This document shows, one piece after another, positions 46,961 through 60,909 of a stretch of DNA of 64,000 nt. The stretch's first letter is position 1. Every line of letters begins with the position of its first letter. This stretch comes from an uncultured Gammaproteobacteria bacterium (lineage in GTDB: Bacteria; Pseudomonadota; Gammaproteobacteria; Steroidobacterales; Rariloculaceae). Position numbers and translations under genes: made by a program. The notes beneath the pieces are model-generated. The model was given only the letters and a program-made list of their open reading frames with translations. It was not told the origin of the DNA and searched no databases. The stretch spans positions 283,954 to 347,953 of the forward strand of contig CAWJDS010000008.1 in assembly GCA_963841645.1 (NCBI GenBank), written 5' to 3'.

Positions 46961-47847
46961 ATGCCTCACAGCATGACGGGATTTGCGACGGCCGAAGGAG
47001 ACGTGTTCCGCCGTTTCGCCTCGTTTGGGAGATCCGCAGCGTCAACCATCGTTTCCTCGAGCTTGTCGTTCCGGATGCCGGACGAGCTGCGCTCGATCGA
47101 GCCGGAATGCCGGGACCTGATCGGCGACGTCCGTGAAACGCGGCAAGGTGGACTGCACGCTCAAGATCGTGGCCGCCGACGCGAACGCCGCAGCGCGGCG
47201 CGCTCGTCGCCGACGCGCTGCACGCGGTCTCGAGGCGCTCGAAGTCGAAGTGCTGAGCGGCTTTTCCCGACGCGCCGCCGCTGACCTCGGGGAGATCCTG
47301 CGCTGGCCCGGCGTGCTCGAGGAGCCCCGAGCAAAACGTCGACGAGCTCGGCGCGGCCGCGATGCTTCGCTGCCTCGCCGCCGCGCTCGCGGCGTTCGAG
47401 GCGCGCGCGGCAGCGCGAGGGCGAGCGGATCGCTGAGCTACTCGAGAAGCGCAACTGCGGGAATCACCGCGTTGCTCGACAGTCATGCGAGCCGCTGCTC
47501 GACGGCGCGCAGAACGCGCTACCGCGACAAGCTTCGCGAGCGCGCTCGACCGGCTCGACGTGCAGGCCGAGCCCGGAGCGGCTCGAGCAGGAGCTCGCGC
47601 TGATCGCTCAACGCATCGACGTTGCCGAGGAAGTCGATCGGCTCGACAGGCCACGTCGCGGAAATCCGCGCGACGCTCGCGCGCGCGCGAGCCGATCGGC
47701 CGGCGCCTCGATTTCCTGATCCAGGAGCTGAACCGCGAGGCCAACACGTTCGCGTCGAAGGTCCAGGACGAGACGCTCACGCGCACGGCGGTCGAGCTCA
47801 AGGTGCTGATCGAGCAGATGCGCGAGCAGGTGCAGAACCTCGAATGA
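46961..47847 (+). CDS. yicC: YicC-family stress-induced protein, reading frame interrupted many times
   Basis: MPHSMTGFA start, WEIRSVNHRFLE, and a C-terminal GRRLDFLIQELNREANTFASK..ELKVLIEQMREQVQNLE. The stop overlaps the gmk ATG (ATGA). Confidence 0.8.
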
Positions 47848-48523
47848 GCGCGTCGCAGGCCAAGCCCGCGCGGGACCGAAGCGCAGCCGCCGACGCCGCG
47901 GCCGGCTTTGGGTGATCGCCGCGCCGTCGGGCGCCGGTAAGACGTCGCTCGTCCGCAAGTTGCTCGAGCGCGACCCGAGTCTGCGATTTTCGATCTCGTA
48001 CACGACCCGCGAACCGCGCAAGTCCGAGAAGGACGGTCGCGACTACTTCTTCGTGAAGAAGCCGAGTTCCAGAAGCTCGTGGAGCGCGAATGCGTTCCTC
48101 GAGCACGCGCAAGTGTTCGACAACTGGTACGGCACGAGCCGCAAGCACGTCGACAAGGTGCGCGACAGGGGCCACACGGTTCTGCTCGAGATCGACTGGC
48201 AGGGCGCGCAGCAGGTGCGCGAAAGCGCGCGCCGGACGCGCAGACGATCTTCATCCTGCCGCCGAACGCCGCCGAGCTCGAGCGCCGCTTGCGCGCGCGC
48301 GGCACGGACTCGGAGGCCGACGATCCAGCGCCGGCTCCGCGACTCGCTCGGCGACATGACGCACTGGGACGAGTTCGATCATCTGATCGTGAACGAGGAC
48401 TTCGACGCCGCGCTGGGCCGGCTCGCGGCCGTGATCGCCGGCGCAGTCGGCGCCACCGGACGGCGTCCACCGCCGTGCAGGCCGCGGCCACGGCGATTCT
48501 GCGCAGCGGCGCCGACAGCTTGA
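47844..48523 (+). CDS. gmk: guanylate kinase, reading frame interrupted; 3' end uncertain
   Basis: IAAPSGAGKTSLV, SISYTTREPR..E..G.DYFFV, FLEHAQVFDNWYGTS, LLEIDWQGAQQV, IFILPP and ELERRLRARGTDSE are in alternating frames. Confidence 0.85.
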
Positions 48524-48592
48524 GAGCTTGCGCGCGCAGGCGGGTGTTGCAGTACACTTACAAGGTCCTGCGCCCAAGGAGGGCAGCTCCGG

Positions 48593-48823
48593 ATGGCCCG
48601 AATCACCGTCGAAGATTGCCTGGAGAAGATCCCGAACATGTTCCAGCTCGTGCTCGTCGCGGCGAAGCGCGCGCGCCAGCTCGCGAACGGCGCCCATCCG
48701 ATGGTCGACTGGGAGAACGACAAACCGACGGTCGTCGCGCTCCGCGAGATCGCCGACGGCTACGTCAACGAAGAGATCCTCACGCAACGCGACCAGCCGG
48801 TCGACGACTTGCTCGCGACCTGA
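48593..48823 (+). CDS. rpoZ: DNA-directed RNA polymerase subunit omega
   Basis: Intact 76 aa. [27 protein letters not shown]. Confidence 0.95.
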   Translation: MARITVEDCLEKIPNMFQLVLVAAKRARQLANGAHPMVDWENDKPTVVALREIADGYVNEEILTQRDQPVDDLLAT

Positions 48824-48944
48824 GCGCGGTCGCCGCCGGCGATGCCCGGCGACGACTTGCTCGGGCTCGAGGCCGATCTCGATCGGCGACTGACCGCCAT
48901 CCGCACGAGGCGCCGGCCGAACGCCGGTCAGTAGACTAGCCGCC

Positions 48945-51110
48945 ATGGACTATGGTGCCGCCATCCGCGAACGAACGTTGTCGTCGGTGTGGCGCACCGA
49001 CGATTTCGGCCGCCTGCTCGGCGCAGCTCGAGACGTACCTGCCGAGCGCGGACATGCCCGGCATCCAGGCCGCGTACGAGTACAGCGCGAAGGCCCACGA
49101 GGGCCAGCAGCGGCGCAGCGGCGATCCGTACATCACTCATCCGGTAGCCGTCGCGGAAATCCTCGCGGGGCTGCATCTCGACTCGGGCTCGATCAAAGCC
49201 GCGCTGCTGCACGACGTGCTCGAGGACACCTCGAGCACGCTCGCGGACATCGAGACGCCGCTTCGGCGACGACGTCGCGCTGCTCGTCGACGGCGTCAGC
49301 AAGATCGATCACCTGCGCTTCGACAGCGCGGCCGAGGCGCAGGCCGAGAGCTTCCGCAAGATGCTGCTCGCGATGGCGAAGGACCTGCGCGTGATCCTCG
49401 TGAAGCTCGCCGACCGCACGCACAACATGCGCACGATCCAGTCGCTGCCGCTCGAGAAGCAGCGGCGCATCGCGCGCGAGACGCTCGACGTCTACGCGCC
49501 GATCGCGAACCGGCTCGGCGTGTACACGCTGAAGATCGAGCTCGAGGATCTCGGCTTCAAGACGTTCTACCCGTTCCGCTACCGCGTGCTGCAACGCTCG
49601 CTTGCGCCGCGCGAAGGGCAATCAGCGGCAGCTGCTGCGCAAGATCGAGAGCAAGCTCACGAAGGGCCTGCGCCGAGGCGAAGCTTGCGGCGCGCGTGCA
49701 CGCGCGCGAGAAGCACCTGTACAGCATCTATCTGAAGATGCACCGCAAGCAGGCGCACTTGTCGGACATCGTCGACGTGTACGGCGTGCGTGTCATCGTG
49801 CCGGACGTCGACAGCTGCTACCGCGCGCTCGGCATCACGCATCAGCTGTTCAAGCCGATGCCGGGCCGTTTCAAGGACTTCATCTCGATCCCGCGCGTGA
49901 ACGGCTACCAGTCGCTGCACACGACGCTGTTCGGGCCGAACGGCATGCCGCTCGAAGTGCAGATCCGCACCGAGGAGATGGACAAGGTCGCCGAGCGCGG
50001 AGTCGCAGCGCATTGGTCCTACAAGGCGATCGACAAGCACACGTACAGCACCGAGGAGCGCGCGCGCGAGTGGCTCGCCGGGCTCATGGAGATGGAGCGC
50101 GCGGCGAACTCCGAGGAGTTTCTCGAGACCGTCAAGGCCGATCTCTTCCCCGACAAGGTGTACGTGTTCACGCCGAAGGGCGCCATCATGCGGCTGCCGC
50201 GCGGCTCGACCGCCGTGGACTTCGCGTACGCGGTGCACACGGACGTCGGCAACCGCTGCGTCGCGGCCAAGATCGACCGCCGGCTCGTGCCGCTGAAGAC
50301 GATGCTGCACAACGGCGAGACCGTCGAGATCGTCACGGCGCGCGGCGCGCGGCCGAACCCGAACTGGGTGAACTTCGTCTCGACGGCGAAGGCGCGCAAT
50401 GCGATTCGCGGCTACCTCAAGAACTTGAAGCGCGACGAGGCGCAGGAGCTCGGCCGCCGCCTGCTGAACCAGGAGCTCATGCCGTACTCGCTGAGCTTGC
50501 GGAAGCTGCCGAGGAGCACGGCTCGAGGCGCTGCGCGCCGAGCTCGGCAGCTCAAGGACGACGAGGCGCTGTTCGAGCAGGTCGGTTTGGGCGAGCGGCT
50601 CGCGCCGGTCGTCGCGGGCATGCTCGCGCAGCAGACGGAGGAGACGGAATCGCAGGCGGCGCACGCGCAAGCCGCTCGAGATCGCGGGCACGGAAGGCAT
50701 GGTCGTGAACTACGCGCGCTGCTGCTATCCGATCCCGGGCGACGAGATCATCGGCTTCATGTCGAGCGGTCGCGGCATCGTGATCCACCGCGACAACTGC
50801 CGGAATCTCGCCGAGTACCGCAAGCAGCCCGTCGAAGTGGATTCCGGTCAACTGGACGAAGGCCGTCAAGGGCGAGTTCGACTCGGAGATCCAGGTGCGC
50901 ACGCTCGACCGCGTCGGCCTGCTCGCCGAGGTCGCGGGCCGGATCTCCGCCACGCACACGAACATCGAGCACGTGCGCGTCGACACCGAAGGCGACGCGT
51001 CGGCGCTCACGTTCCGCGTGAAAGTCCGCGACCGCCGTCAGCTCGCGCAGGTGGTTCGAAGCATTCGCACGATACCGGGCGTCGTGCGCGTGTCGCGCAG
51101 CACCGGCTAG
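48945..51110 (+). CDS. spoT: bifunctional (p)ppGpp synthetase/hydrolase SpoT/RelA-family, reading frame interrupted many times
   Basis: HD hydrolase domain (HEGQQRRSGDPYITHPVAVA..LLHDVLEDT, LVKLADRTHNMRT). Synthetase domain (KHLYSIYLKM, DVYGVRVIV, GYQSLHTT, EVQIRT..MD..AE.G.AAHW). TGS domain (VYVFTPKG..LP.GSTAVDFAY.VHT..G) and a C-terminal ACT-like domain. Lies after rpoZ. Confidence 0.9.
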
Positions 51111-51115
51111 AGTGA

Positions 51116-51514
51116 CAACATCGAGAACAGCAGACCGAGAAGCAAGCGATTCACACGAACGATGCGCCGGCCGCGATCGGCACCTATAGCCAGGCGATCC
51201 GCGCCGGCGACACGGTGTATCTGTCGGGCCAGATTCCGCTCGATCCGACGACGATGCAGCTCGTGACGGGTGACACGCGCGCAGAGATCAAGCAGGTGTT
51301 CGACAATCTCGCGGCGGTCGCCGAAGCTGCGGGCGGCTCGCTCGCGGATGCCGTGCGAGTGACCGTGTACCTCACGGACCTGAAGAACTTCGCGCTCGTC
51401 AACGACGTCATGGCGCAGTACTTCAACGAGCCGTATCCCGCGCGCGCCGCGATCGGCGTCGCGGCGCTGCCGCGCGGCGCCGCCGTCGAAGTCGACGCCG
51501 TCCTCGTCCTCTAG
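51116..51514 (+). CDS. ridA: RidA (YjgF/TdcF) family reactive-intermediate deaminase; start codon not resolved
   Basis: [33 protein letters not shown] and [18 protein letters not shown]. There is no canonical start codon in frame after the upstream stop at 51113, so an indel near the 5' end is probable. Confidence 0.8.
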   Translation, partial: QHREQQTEKQAIHTNDAPAAIGTYSQAIRAGDTVYLSGQIPLDPTTMQLVTGDTRAEIKQVFDNLAAVAEAAGGSLADAVRVTVYLTDLKNFALVNDVMAQYFNEPYPARAAIGVAALPRGAAVEVDAVLVL

Positions 51515-51530
51515 GCCGCCGGGTAGAGCG

Positions 51531-53687
51531 GTTATCGCGCGACAGCCGGAATCCGCGTTCGAGCGCCCGGTCGACAGCCTCGCGGGCGTCGGGCCGAAGG
51601 TGGCCGAGCGCCTCGCGAAGCTCGGCGTGCGCACGATCGGCGACCTGCTCTGCCTGCTGCCGCAGCGCTACGAGGACCGCACCGCGATCGCGCCGATCGG
51701 CAGCTCTCGTGCCGGGCGAGAAAGCGCTGATCGAGGGCGACGATCGAGCTCGCGAGGTCGCGTATCCGGCGCCGCCGCTCGCTGCTCTGCCGCCTCGCCG
51801 ACGGCACCGGCGCGCTCACGTTGCGCTTCTTCCACTTCACGCGCTCGCAGCAAGAGACGTTCGTCGCGCGGCACGCGCGCTGCGTTGCTACGGCGAAGTT
51901 CGTGCGGGCCCGACGGGTCTCGAGATGGTCCACCCCGAGACGCGTGCGCTGACGCCCGTCCGAGCACCGCGCCCGAAACGACGCTCACGCCGATCTACCC
52001 GAGCACCGACGGACTGCATCAGGCAGTTGCTGCGCCGGCTCGTCGGCAGGGCGCTCGCCGTGCTCGAGCGCGAACCGCTCGTCGATTACCTCGCCGATCT
52101 GCTCGCCGAGCGGCGCAGCCCGAAGCAACGCGCAGGCGCGGCGGCGGAGCCGAGTGACGCGAACGACGCGATCGCCTGTCGGTGGCGCTCGAGCTACTTG
52201 CATCGGCCGCCGCGCGACGCGGCCACCGCGCTGCTCGCGACGGGCCACCATCCCGCGCAGCGCCGAATCGCGCTCGAGGAGCTGATCGCGCAGCGCTTGT
52301 CGCTGCGGGCTTCCGCCGACGCGATCCGGAGCGAGCGCTCGTGGCCGTTGCCCGAGCCGCGCGAGGAGCTCGCGCGTTTTCGCGCCGCGCTGCCGTTCAC
52401 GCTCACGCCCGCGCAGCAGAGCGCGTTCGCGGAGATCCTCGCGGATCTCGGCCGAGACGCGCCGATGAACCGGCTGCTGCCAGGGCGACGTCGGCTCGGG
52501 CAAGACCGTCGTCGCCGCGCTCGCGGCGCGTCGTCGCGGCGGCCGCCGGCTAGCCAGACCGCGGTGATGGCGCCGACCGAGCTGCTCGCGGAGCAGCACG
52601 TCGCGAACTTCGACGCGCTGGCTCGGCCCGCTCGGCGTCGCGCGTCGCGACGCTGCTCGGCTCGCAGACCGCGCGCGCGCGAGCGGTGCGCTCGAGGCGA
52701 TCGCCGACGGCGCCGCGGCCGTCGCGATCGGCACGCACGCGCTGTTCCAGGAAGGGCGTCGCGTTCGATCGACTCGCGCTCGTGATCGTCGACGAGCAGC
52801 ATCGGTTCGGCGTGCAGCAGCGCCTGAAGCTCAAGCAAAAGGGCGAGCGCGAGGCGCGCACGCCGCATCAGCTGATCATGACCGCGACGCCGATCCCACG
52901 GACGCTCGCGATGACGGCGTACGCCGATCTCGATTGCTCGGTGATCGACGAGCTGCCGCCGGGCCGCCAGCCGGTGCTGACCGTCGGTGCTGCCCGAGAG
53001 CCGGCGCGTCGAGCTCGTCGAGCGCGTGGCGGCGCATTGCGCGACCGGCCAGACAGGCGTACTGGGTGTGCCCGTTGATCGAGGAGTCCGAGGCCGTCGA
53101 CTCGAGCGCCGCGAGCGCGCTCGTCGAAGAGCTGCGCGCCGCGCTGCCGAAGCTGCGCGTCGGCCTCGTCCACGGCCGCATGACGGCGGCGGAGAAGGAG
53201 GCGACGATGCGCGCGTTCAAAGCGGCCGAGCTCGACCTGCTCGTCGCGACCACGGTGATCGAGGTCGGCGTCGACGTGCCGAACGCCACGCTGATGGTCG
53301 TCGAGAACGCCGAGCGCATGGGTCTCGCGCAGCTGCACCAGCTGCGCGGCCGAGTCGGCCGCGGCACCGCGGCCTCGCACTGCGTGCTGCTCTACAAGCC
53401 GCCCTTGAGCGCGCTCGCTCGCGAGCGGCTCGGCGTGCTGCGCGATGACGAACGACGGCTTCGACGTTGCGCAGAAGGATCTCGAGCTGCGCGGGCCCGG
53501 CGAGGTGCTCGGCACGCGCCAGACCGGCAGTCGCTGCAGCTGCGCGTCGCCGACCTCGTGCGCGACGCGGATCTGCTGCCGCGCGTGATCGAGCTCTCCG
53601 ACGAGCTGCTCGCAGCGCCACCCCGAGCGCGTCGCGCCGCTGATCCGGCGCTGGAGCCGCGGCGCGACCGAGTTCGCCAAGGTGTAG
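51531..53687 (+). CDS. recG: ATP-dependent DNA helicase RecG, reading frame interrupted many times; 5' end approximate
   Basis: [28 protein letters not shown] wedge-domain start. Helicase motifs [11 protein letters not shown] (read across frames), [22 protein letters not shown] and [23 protein letters not shown]. Stop TAG 53685-53687. Confidence 0.88.
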
Positions 53688-53731
53688 CAAGTGCCGTCTA
53701 GCGCATGCTGCGAATTGCCGCCCACGCGCGC

Positions 53732-53759
53732 GCGCCCCTAGAATCGCGCCCCTAGAATC
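53732..53759. repeat. perfect 14-bp tandem duplication GCGCCCCTAGAATC x2 (each copy carries a TAGAAT -10-like hexamer)
   Basis: Units at 53732-53745 and 53746-53759 are identical base for base. Lies between the recG stop and ubiA. Confidence 0.85.
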
Positions 53760-53884
53760 GACTGATCATCGAGACTACGGAGTCGCGGACGGCGTTGAAC
53801 GAGGGGCCCGAGAGCGAAACACCGGCGGGCGACGCGGCGTTCACGAGGACCGTGCGCATCGCGGCTCCGCGCGCGCCGCAGCGA

Positions 53885-54776
53885 ATGCTCCTGGGAGCTC
53901 GCGCGGATCCTCGCGAGCCATTACTCGCGTTACGGGCGCCTCATGCGGCTGCACCGCCCGATCGGCATCTGGCTGCTGCTGTGGCCTACGTTGTGGGCGG
54001 TGTGGATCGCGGCCGCGGGCCAGCCGCATCAGCACGTGTTCCTGATTCTCGTGATCGGCACGATCGTCGTGCGCTCCGCGGGTTGCGTGATCAACGACTT
54101 CGCGGATCGGCAAGATCGACCGCCACGTCGAGCGCACGGCCGATCGGCCGCTCGCGACGGGCGAGGTCGCGCCGATCGAGGCGCTGCTTCTGTTCGCCGC
54201 GCTGATGCTGATCGCGCTCGGCTCGTGCTCACGCTGAACCGGCTCACGGTGCTGCTGGCGCTCGTGGGCGCGGCGCGTCACGGTGCTGTATCCGTTCACG
54301 AAGCGATTCTTCTCGACGCCGCAGTTCGTGCTCGGCATCGCGTTCGCGTGGGGCGTGCCGATGGCGTTCGCGGCCGAGCTCGGCGATGGTGCCGCGGCTC
54401 GGCTGGCTGCTGTTCCTCGCGGCCGTGATCTGGGTGATCGTCTACGACACGCAGTACGCGATGACCGATCGCGACGACGACGTTCGAAGTCGGCGTGCGC
54501 TCGACCGCGATCCTGTTCGGCGACCTCGATCGCATCGTCGTCGCCGCGCTGCAGCTGCTGCTGCTCGTGAGCGCTCGTGCTCGTCGGCCGCGACGCGCAG
54601 CTCGGCGCGTGGTACTGCGGCGGGCTCGTCGCGGCCTCGGCTTTCGGCCTCTATCAGCAGTACCTGATGAAGGACCGCGAGCCGCGGGTTCTGCTTCCGC
54701 GCGTTCGCCGAACAACGCGTGGCTCGGCGCGACCGTGTTCTGCGGAATCGTCCTCGACTATCTGTTTAAAGCCTAA
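53885..54776 (+). CDS. ubiA: 4-hydroxybenzoate polyprenyltransferase, reading frame interrupted many times; start approximate
   Basis: [66 protein letters not shown] and STAILFG are spread over at least six frames. Stop at 54776. Confidence 0.85.
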
Positions 54777-54850
54777 AGGGTTCAAGCCCCAGGGGTCTAA
54801 GGCCTAAGGGGTTCAAAGGCTGAGGGGTTTCGAAGCCGAAGCGCTTCCGA
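54769..54850. repeat. 4-5 imperfect tandem repeats of about 16-17 nt, core (A/G)AGGGGTT(C/T)(A/G)AAGGC
   Basis: AAGCCTAAAGGGTTCAAGCC / CCAGGGGTCTAAGGCC / TAAGGGGTTCAAAGGC / TGAGGGGTTTCGAAGCC / GAAGCGCTTCCGAGGC, in the 89-bp spacer between convergent ubiA and comF. Confidence 0.5.
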
Positions 54851-54865
54851 GGCTGACGGGCTATC

Positions 54866-55535
54866 TCAGCCCGACCGCTCGGGCGTTCGCGCGACGGCCC
54901 AGACGTCGCAGCGCGCCGCGCCCGCGCCGCGCAGCGCCGCCGCGAGCGCGTTCACCGTCGCGCCTGTCGTCACGACGTCGTCGACGATCGCGAGCCGCGC
55001 GCCGGCGAGGTCGCGCTCGACCACGAAGGCGCTCGCGACGTTCTCGCGCCGCTCCGCGGCGCCGCGCCCGGCTTGTGCCACTTGCGCGCCGCGACGGCGA
55101 ATCCCGGCGCAGCAACATCGGCACGTCGAGCGCGCGGCCGAGCGTGCGCGCGATCTCGGTCGCCTGGTTGAAGCCGCGCTCGCGAAGCCGCCGTGGGTGC
55201 AGCGGCACCGGCACGAGCGCGTCGACGCCGCGGGCCGCGTCGCGCAGGTCGTCGACGAGCGCGAGCGCGAGCGTGCGGCCGAGGCGGCGCGCGCCGCGGT
55301 ACTTCAGCGCTGCACGTAACCGTCCAGCGGCGCCGAGTACTCGAACGGCGCGACGCACACGCTCGACGTGCCAAGGCCGTCCGCGCCGCGGGCAGCGCGC
55401 GACGGGCCGGCCGAGCCCGCAGCGCTCGCAAGCGTCGGCGACACGCAGCAGGGCGGCGGCGCAAACGGCGCAGAGGCCGGCGCGAGACGCCTCGGCGCAG
55501 CCGGGGCAGACCTCGAAGAACAGTTGCTCGAGCAT
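54866..55535 (-). CDS. comF: ComF-family protein (phosphoribosyltransferase domain), reading frame interrupted
   Basis: N-terminal Cys-rich segment CPGC....C..C...C.RCG, then RGFNQA, and the PRTase motif [11 protein letters not shown] in the frame of ORF 54866..55081. Confidence 0.75.
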
Positions 55536-55641
55536 TCGGTCGTCAACCGCCCATCGTCAACTACGAGCGCGTGCGCGAGGTTGACAGGCTCCGGGCGCGC
55601 CCACGATACTGGCGCGCGTCGGCGGTCAGCGCGAGCACGAA

Positions 55642-56643
55642 ATGTCTGCACTCGAGCGGGAAATTGGGCTGGCTCGCGCGTGACCGCGGAGCCTCGGGCA
55701 CGACTGGACGGTGGCGCAGGTCGAGGCGCTGTACGCGCTGCCGTTCAACGATCTGCTGCTACACGCGCGCAGTGGGTGCATCGCCAGCACTTCGACCCGA
55801 ACACGGTGCAGGTCTCCACGCTGCTGTCGATCAAGACCGGCGCCTGCCCCGAGGACTGCGCCTACTGCCCGCAGAGCATTCGCTTCGAGACCGACGTCGA
55901 CACGCATCCGCTGCTGTCGCTCGACGAGGTCCGCGCGGCCGCCCAGCGCGCGAAAGACTCGGGCGCGACGCGCTTCTGCATGGGCGCGTCGTACCGCGGC
56001 CCGAAGGACTCGCAGCTCGAGCCGATCGCCGAGATGATCGCGGCCGTCAAGGCGCTCGGGCTCGAGACCTGCGCGACGCTCGGGCTGCTGAAGCCGGGAC
56101 AGGCCGAACGGCTTGCGGACGCGGGGCTCGACTACTACAACCACAACCTCGACTCCTCCGAGCAGTTCTACTGCGAAGATCATCAGCACGCGGACCTACC
56201 GCGACCGGCTCGAGACGCTCGCGCGAGTGCGCGCGGCCGGCATCAAGGTGTGCTGCGGCGGCATTCTCGGCATGGGCGAGACGCGGCGCGATCGCGCGGC
56301 GCTGCTCCAGACGCTCGCGACGCTCGATCCGCAGCCCGAGAGCGTGCCGATCAACGACCTCGTGCCCGTGCCGGGCACGCCGCTCGCGGGGTCCGAGCCG
56401 CTCGACCCGTTCGAGTTCGTGCGCACGATCGCGGTCGCGCGAATCCTGATGCCGCGTTCGCACGTGCGCCTCTCCGCCGGCCGGGCGAGCTTCAGCGACG
56501 AGCTCCAGGCGCTCTGCTTCCTCGCGGGCGCAAACTCCATCTTCTATGGCGAGAAGCTGCTCACGACCGGCAACCCCGATACCGAGGCGGATCAGCGGCT
56601 GTTCGCACGTCTCGGCATCGCACCCGAGCCGCGGTCCAGCTGA
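55642..56643 (+). CDS. bioB: biotin synthase, reading frame interrupted; start approximate
   Basis: [15 protein letters not shown], radical-SAM motif [48 protein letters not shown] and [16 protein letters not shown]. Confidence 0.9.
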
Positions 56644-56691
56644 GCATGGGCTCGCGCGAGCGGGCTTCACGCCGCGCGAGCGAGACCCGCT

Positions 56692-57596
56692 ATGAGCGTT
56701 AGCCTCGACAGCGCGCTCCCGGAGCGGCGCGCGACCCGCCGCTCGTTCGATCGGGCGACGCGGCTTCGACGACGCGAGCTTCGTTCACGACGAGACGCGG
56801 CGGAGGTTGCTCGAGCGCCTCGATCTCTTCGATCTCGCGCCGCGTGCGCCGTCGACCTCGGTTGCGCGACCGGTCGCGGCGCGCTCGCGCTCGCGGCCCG
56901 CTATCCCGCCGGCGCCGCGTGCTCGCGGTCGACTCGAGCGCCGGCATGCTGCGCGCGGCGCCGCGAGCGCTGCAGAGGCGCGCCGTCGGTCGCGGCGCTC
57001 GGCGGCGACGCGGAGCGGCTGCCGCTGCGCTCGCAGAGCCGTCCAGCTCGTTCTCGCGAACCTCGTGCTGCCGTGGTGTCGACCCCGACGCTGTTCGCCG
57101 AGGCCGCGCGCGTGCTCGTGGACGGCGGTCTGCTGCTGTTTGCGACGCTCGGGCCGGACTCCCTTGCAGGAGCTCCGCGCGCGCCTGGGGTCGCGTCGAC
57201 TCGGCGCTGCACGTGCACGCGGCGTTCGACATGCACGACCTCGGCGACGTCGCGCTCGCGGCAGGGCTCGCCGAGCCCGTGATCGACGTCGATCGCCTCG
57301 ACGGTCACCTACTCGAGCGTCGCGCAGCCTCGTGCACGACTTGCGCTCGTGCGCGCGCGCGTCAACGTCGCCGGCGGGCGGCGGCGCGGGTTGACGAGCC
57401 CACGCCGGTGGCACGCGTTCGAGCGTGCGCTCGCGGCCGGTGGCCATGGCGCCCGTTTCGCAGTCACGCTCGAGCTCGTCCTCGGCCAGGCGTGGGGGCG
57501 CGGGCCGCGGCAGACTCGCCGGGGCGAGGCGGCCGGCGCGGAGATCGCGGTGCCGATGGCGAGCTGCGGCGGCCGCGGACGCGAGCCGATAGGTAG
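56692..57596 (+). CDS. bioC: malonyl-ACP O-methyltransferase BioC-like, reading frame interrupted many times; 3' end uncertain
   Basis: RRSFDRA...YD..A.V..E...[11 protein letters not shown] motif [19 protein letters not shown] and LPW with later C-terminal segments. Lies directly after bioB. Confidence 0.65.
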
Positions 57597-57688
57597 GTTC
57601 CACAACCCGGCGTCCAAGCCGATTCTGCTAGAATTCGCGCCGCACGCGCTCGGCGCGTGCTCCGCCCGATCAACTACTTGCAGGACGC

Positions 57689-58546
57689 ATGACGATTATC
57701 GGTATTCGCGCTGACCGCGCTTACGTGGCCGCGCCTCGAGGCTATTGGCGCTGGCTACCTCCCTCGCCGCGGCCCCCGCCTGGGCCGACTCAGCTCAACA
57801 TGCCGGACGGCGTCACGACGATGAGCCGCGAGATCTACGATCTGCACATGCTGTGCTCTGGGTCTGCATCGCTGATCGCGATCGGCGTCTATGGCGCGAT
57901 GGTCTACGCGATCGTCAAGTTCCGGAAGTCGACGGGCGCGAAGCCCGCGAAGTTCTCGCACAACTACGACGGTCGAGGTCGTCTGGACCGTGATCCCGGC
58001 CGTGATCCTCGTCGCGCTGGCGATTCCGGCCGCCGAGACGCTGATCCGGATGAACGACACGCGCAACGCGCAGCTCACGATCAAGGTCACGGGCTACCAG
58101 TGGCGTTGGCAGTACGACTACCTCGACGACGGCGTGAAGTTCTTCAGCGTGCTCGATCGCAAGAGCAACGCCGCGCGTCAGCTGCGCTCGGGCATCGATC
58201 CGAAGACGGTCGAGAACTATCTGCTCGAGGTCGACAATCCGCTCGTCGTGCCGGTCAACACGAAGGTCCGGCTGCTCGTGACGGCCGCCGACGTGATCCA
58301 CTCGTGGTGGGTGCCGGCGTTCGGCGTCAAGCAGGACGCGATCCCGGGCTACATCAACGAGGTCTGGTTCACGGCCGACGACCGAAGGCACGTATCGCGG
58401 CCAGTGCGCGGAGCTCTGCGGCATGGACCACGGCTTCATGCCGATCGTCGTGCGCGTGCTCGAGCCGCGACCGAGTACGACACGTGGCTCGCCTCGCAGA
58501 AGGCGGCGGCGCAGACGTCGCAGAACACGGTAATGAGCGACGCTAA
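57689..58546 (+). CDS. coxB: cytochrome c oxidase subunit II, reading frame interrupted many times; 3' end approximate
   Basis: Signal-like [18 protein letters not shown], two TM segments, [30 protein letters not shown] and the CuA site [15 protein letters not shown]. Confidence 0.85.
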   Translation: MTIIGIRADRAYVAAPRGYWRWLPPSPRPPPGPTQLNMPDGVTTMSREIYDLHMLCSGSASLIAIGVYGAMVYAIVKFRKSTGAKPAKFSHNYDGRGRLDRDPGRDPRRAGDSGRRDADPDERHAQRAAHDQGHGLPVALAVRLPRRRREVLQRARSQEQRRASAALGHRSEDGRELSARGRQSARRAGQHEGPAARDGRRRDPLVVGAGVRRQAGRDPGLHQRGLVHGRRPKARIAASARSSAAWTTASCRSSCACSSRDRVRHVARLAEGGGADVAEHGNERR

Positions 58547-58586
58547 CGGCGCAACGGAGCGCGCACGCAAGCAAGGAAGACCAGCA

Positions 58587-60896
<2,310 letters not shown>

Positions 60897-60909
60897 AAGG
60901 ACCGACGTT

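Noticed and set aside
54769-54850. A CRISPR-like array
   Set aside because: The units are 16-17 nt, directly abutting, without spacers, and degenerate. There are no cas genes in the window.
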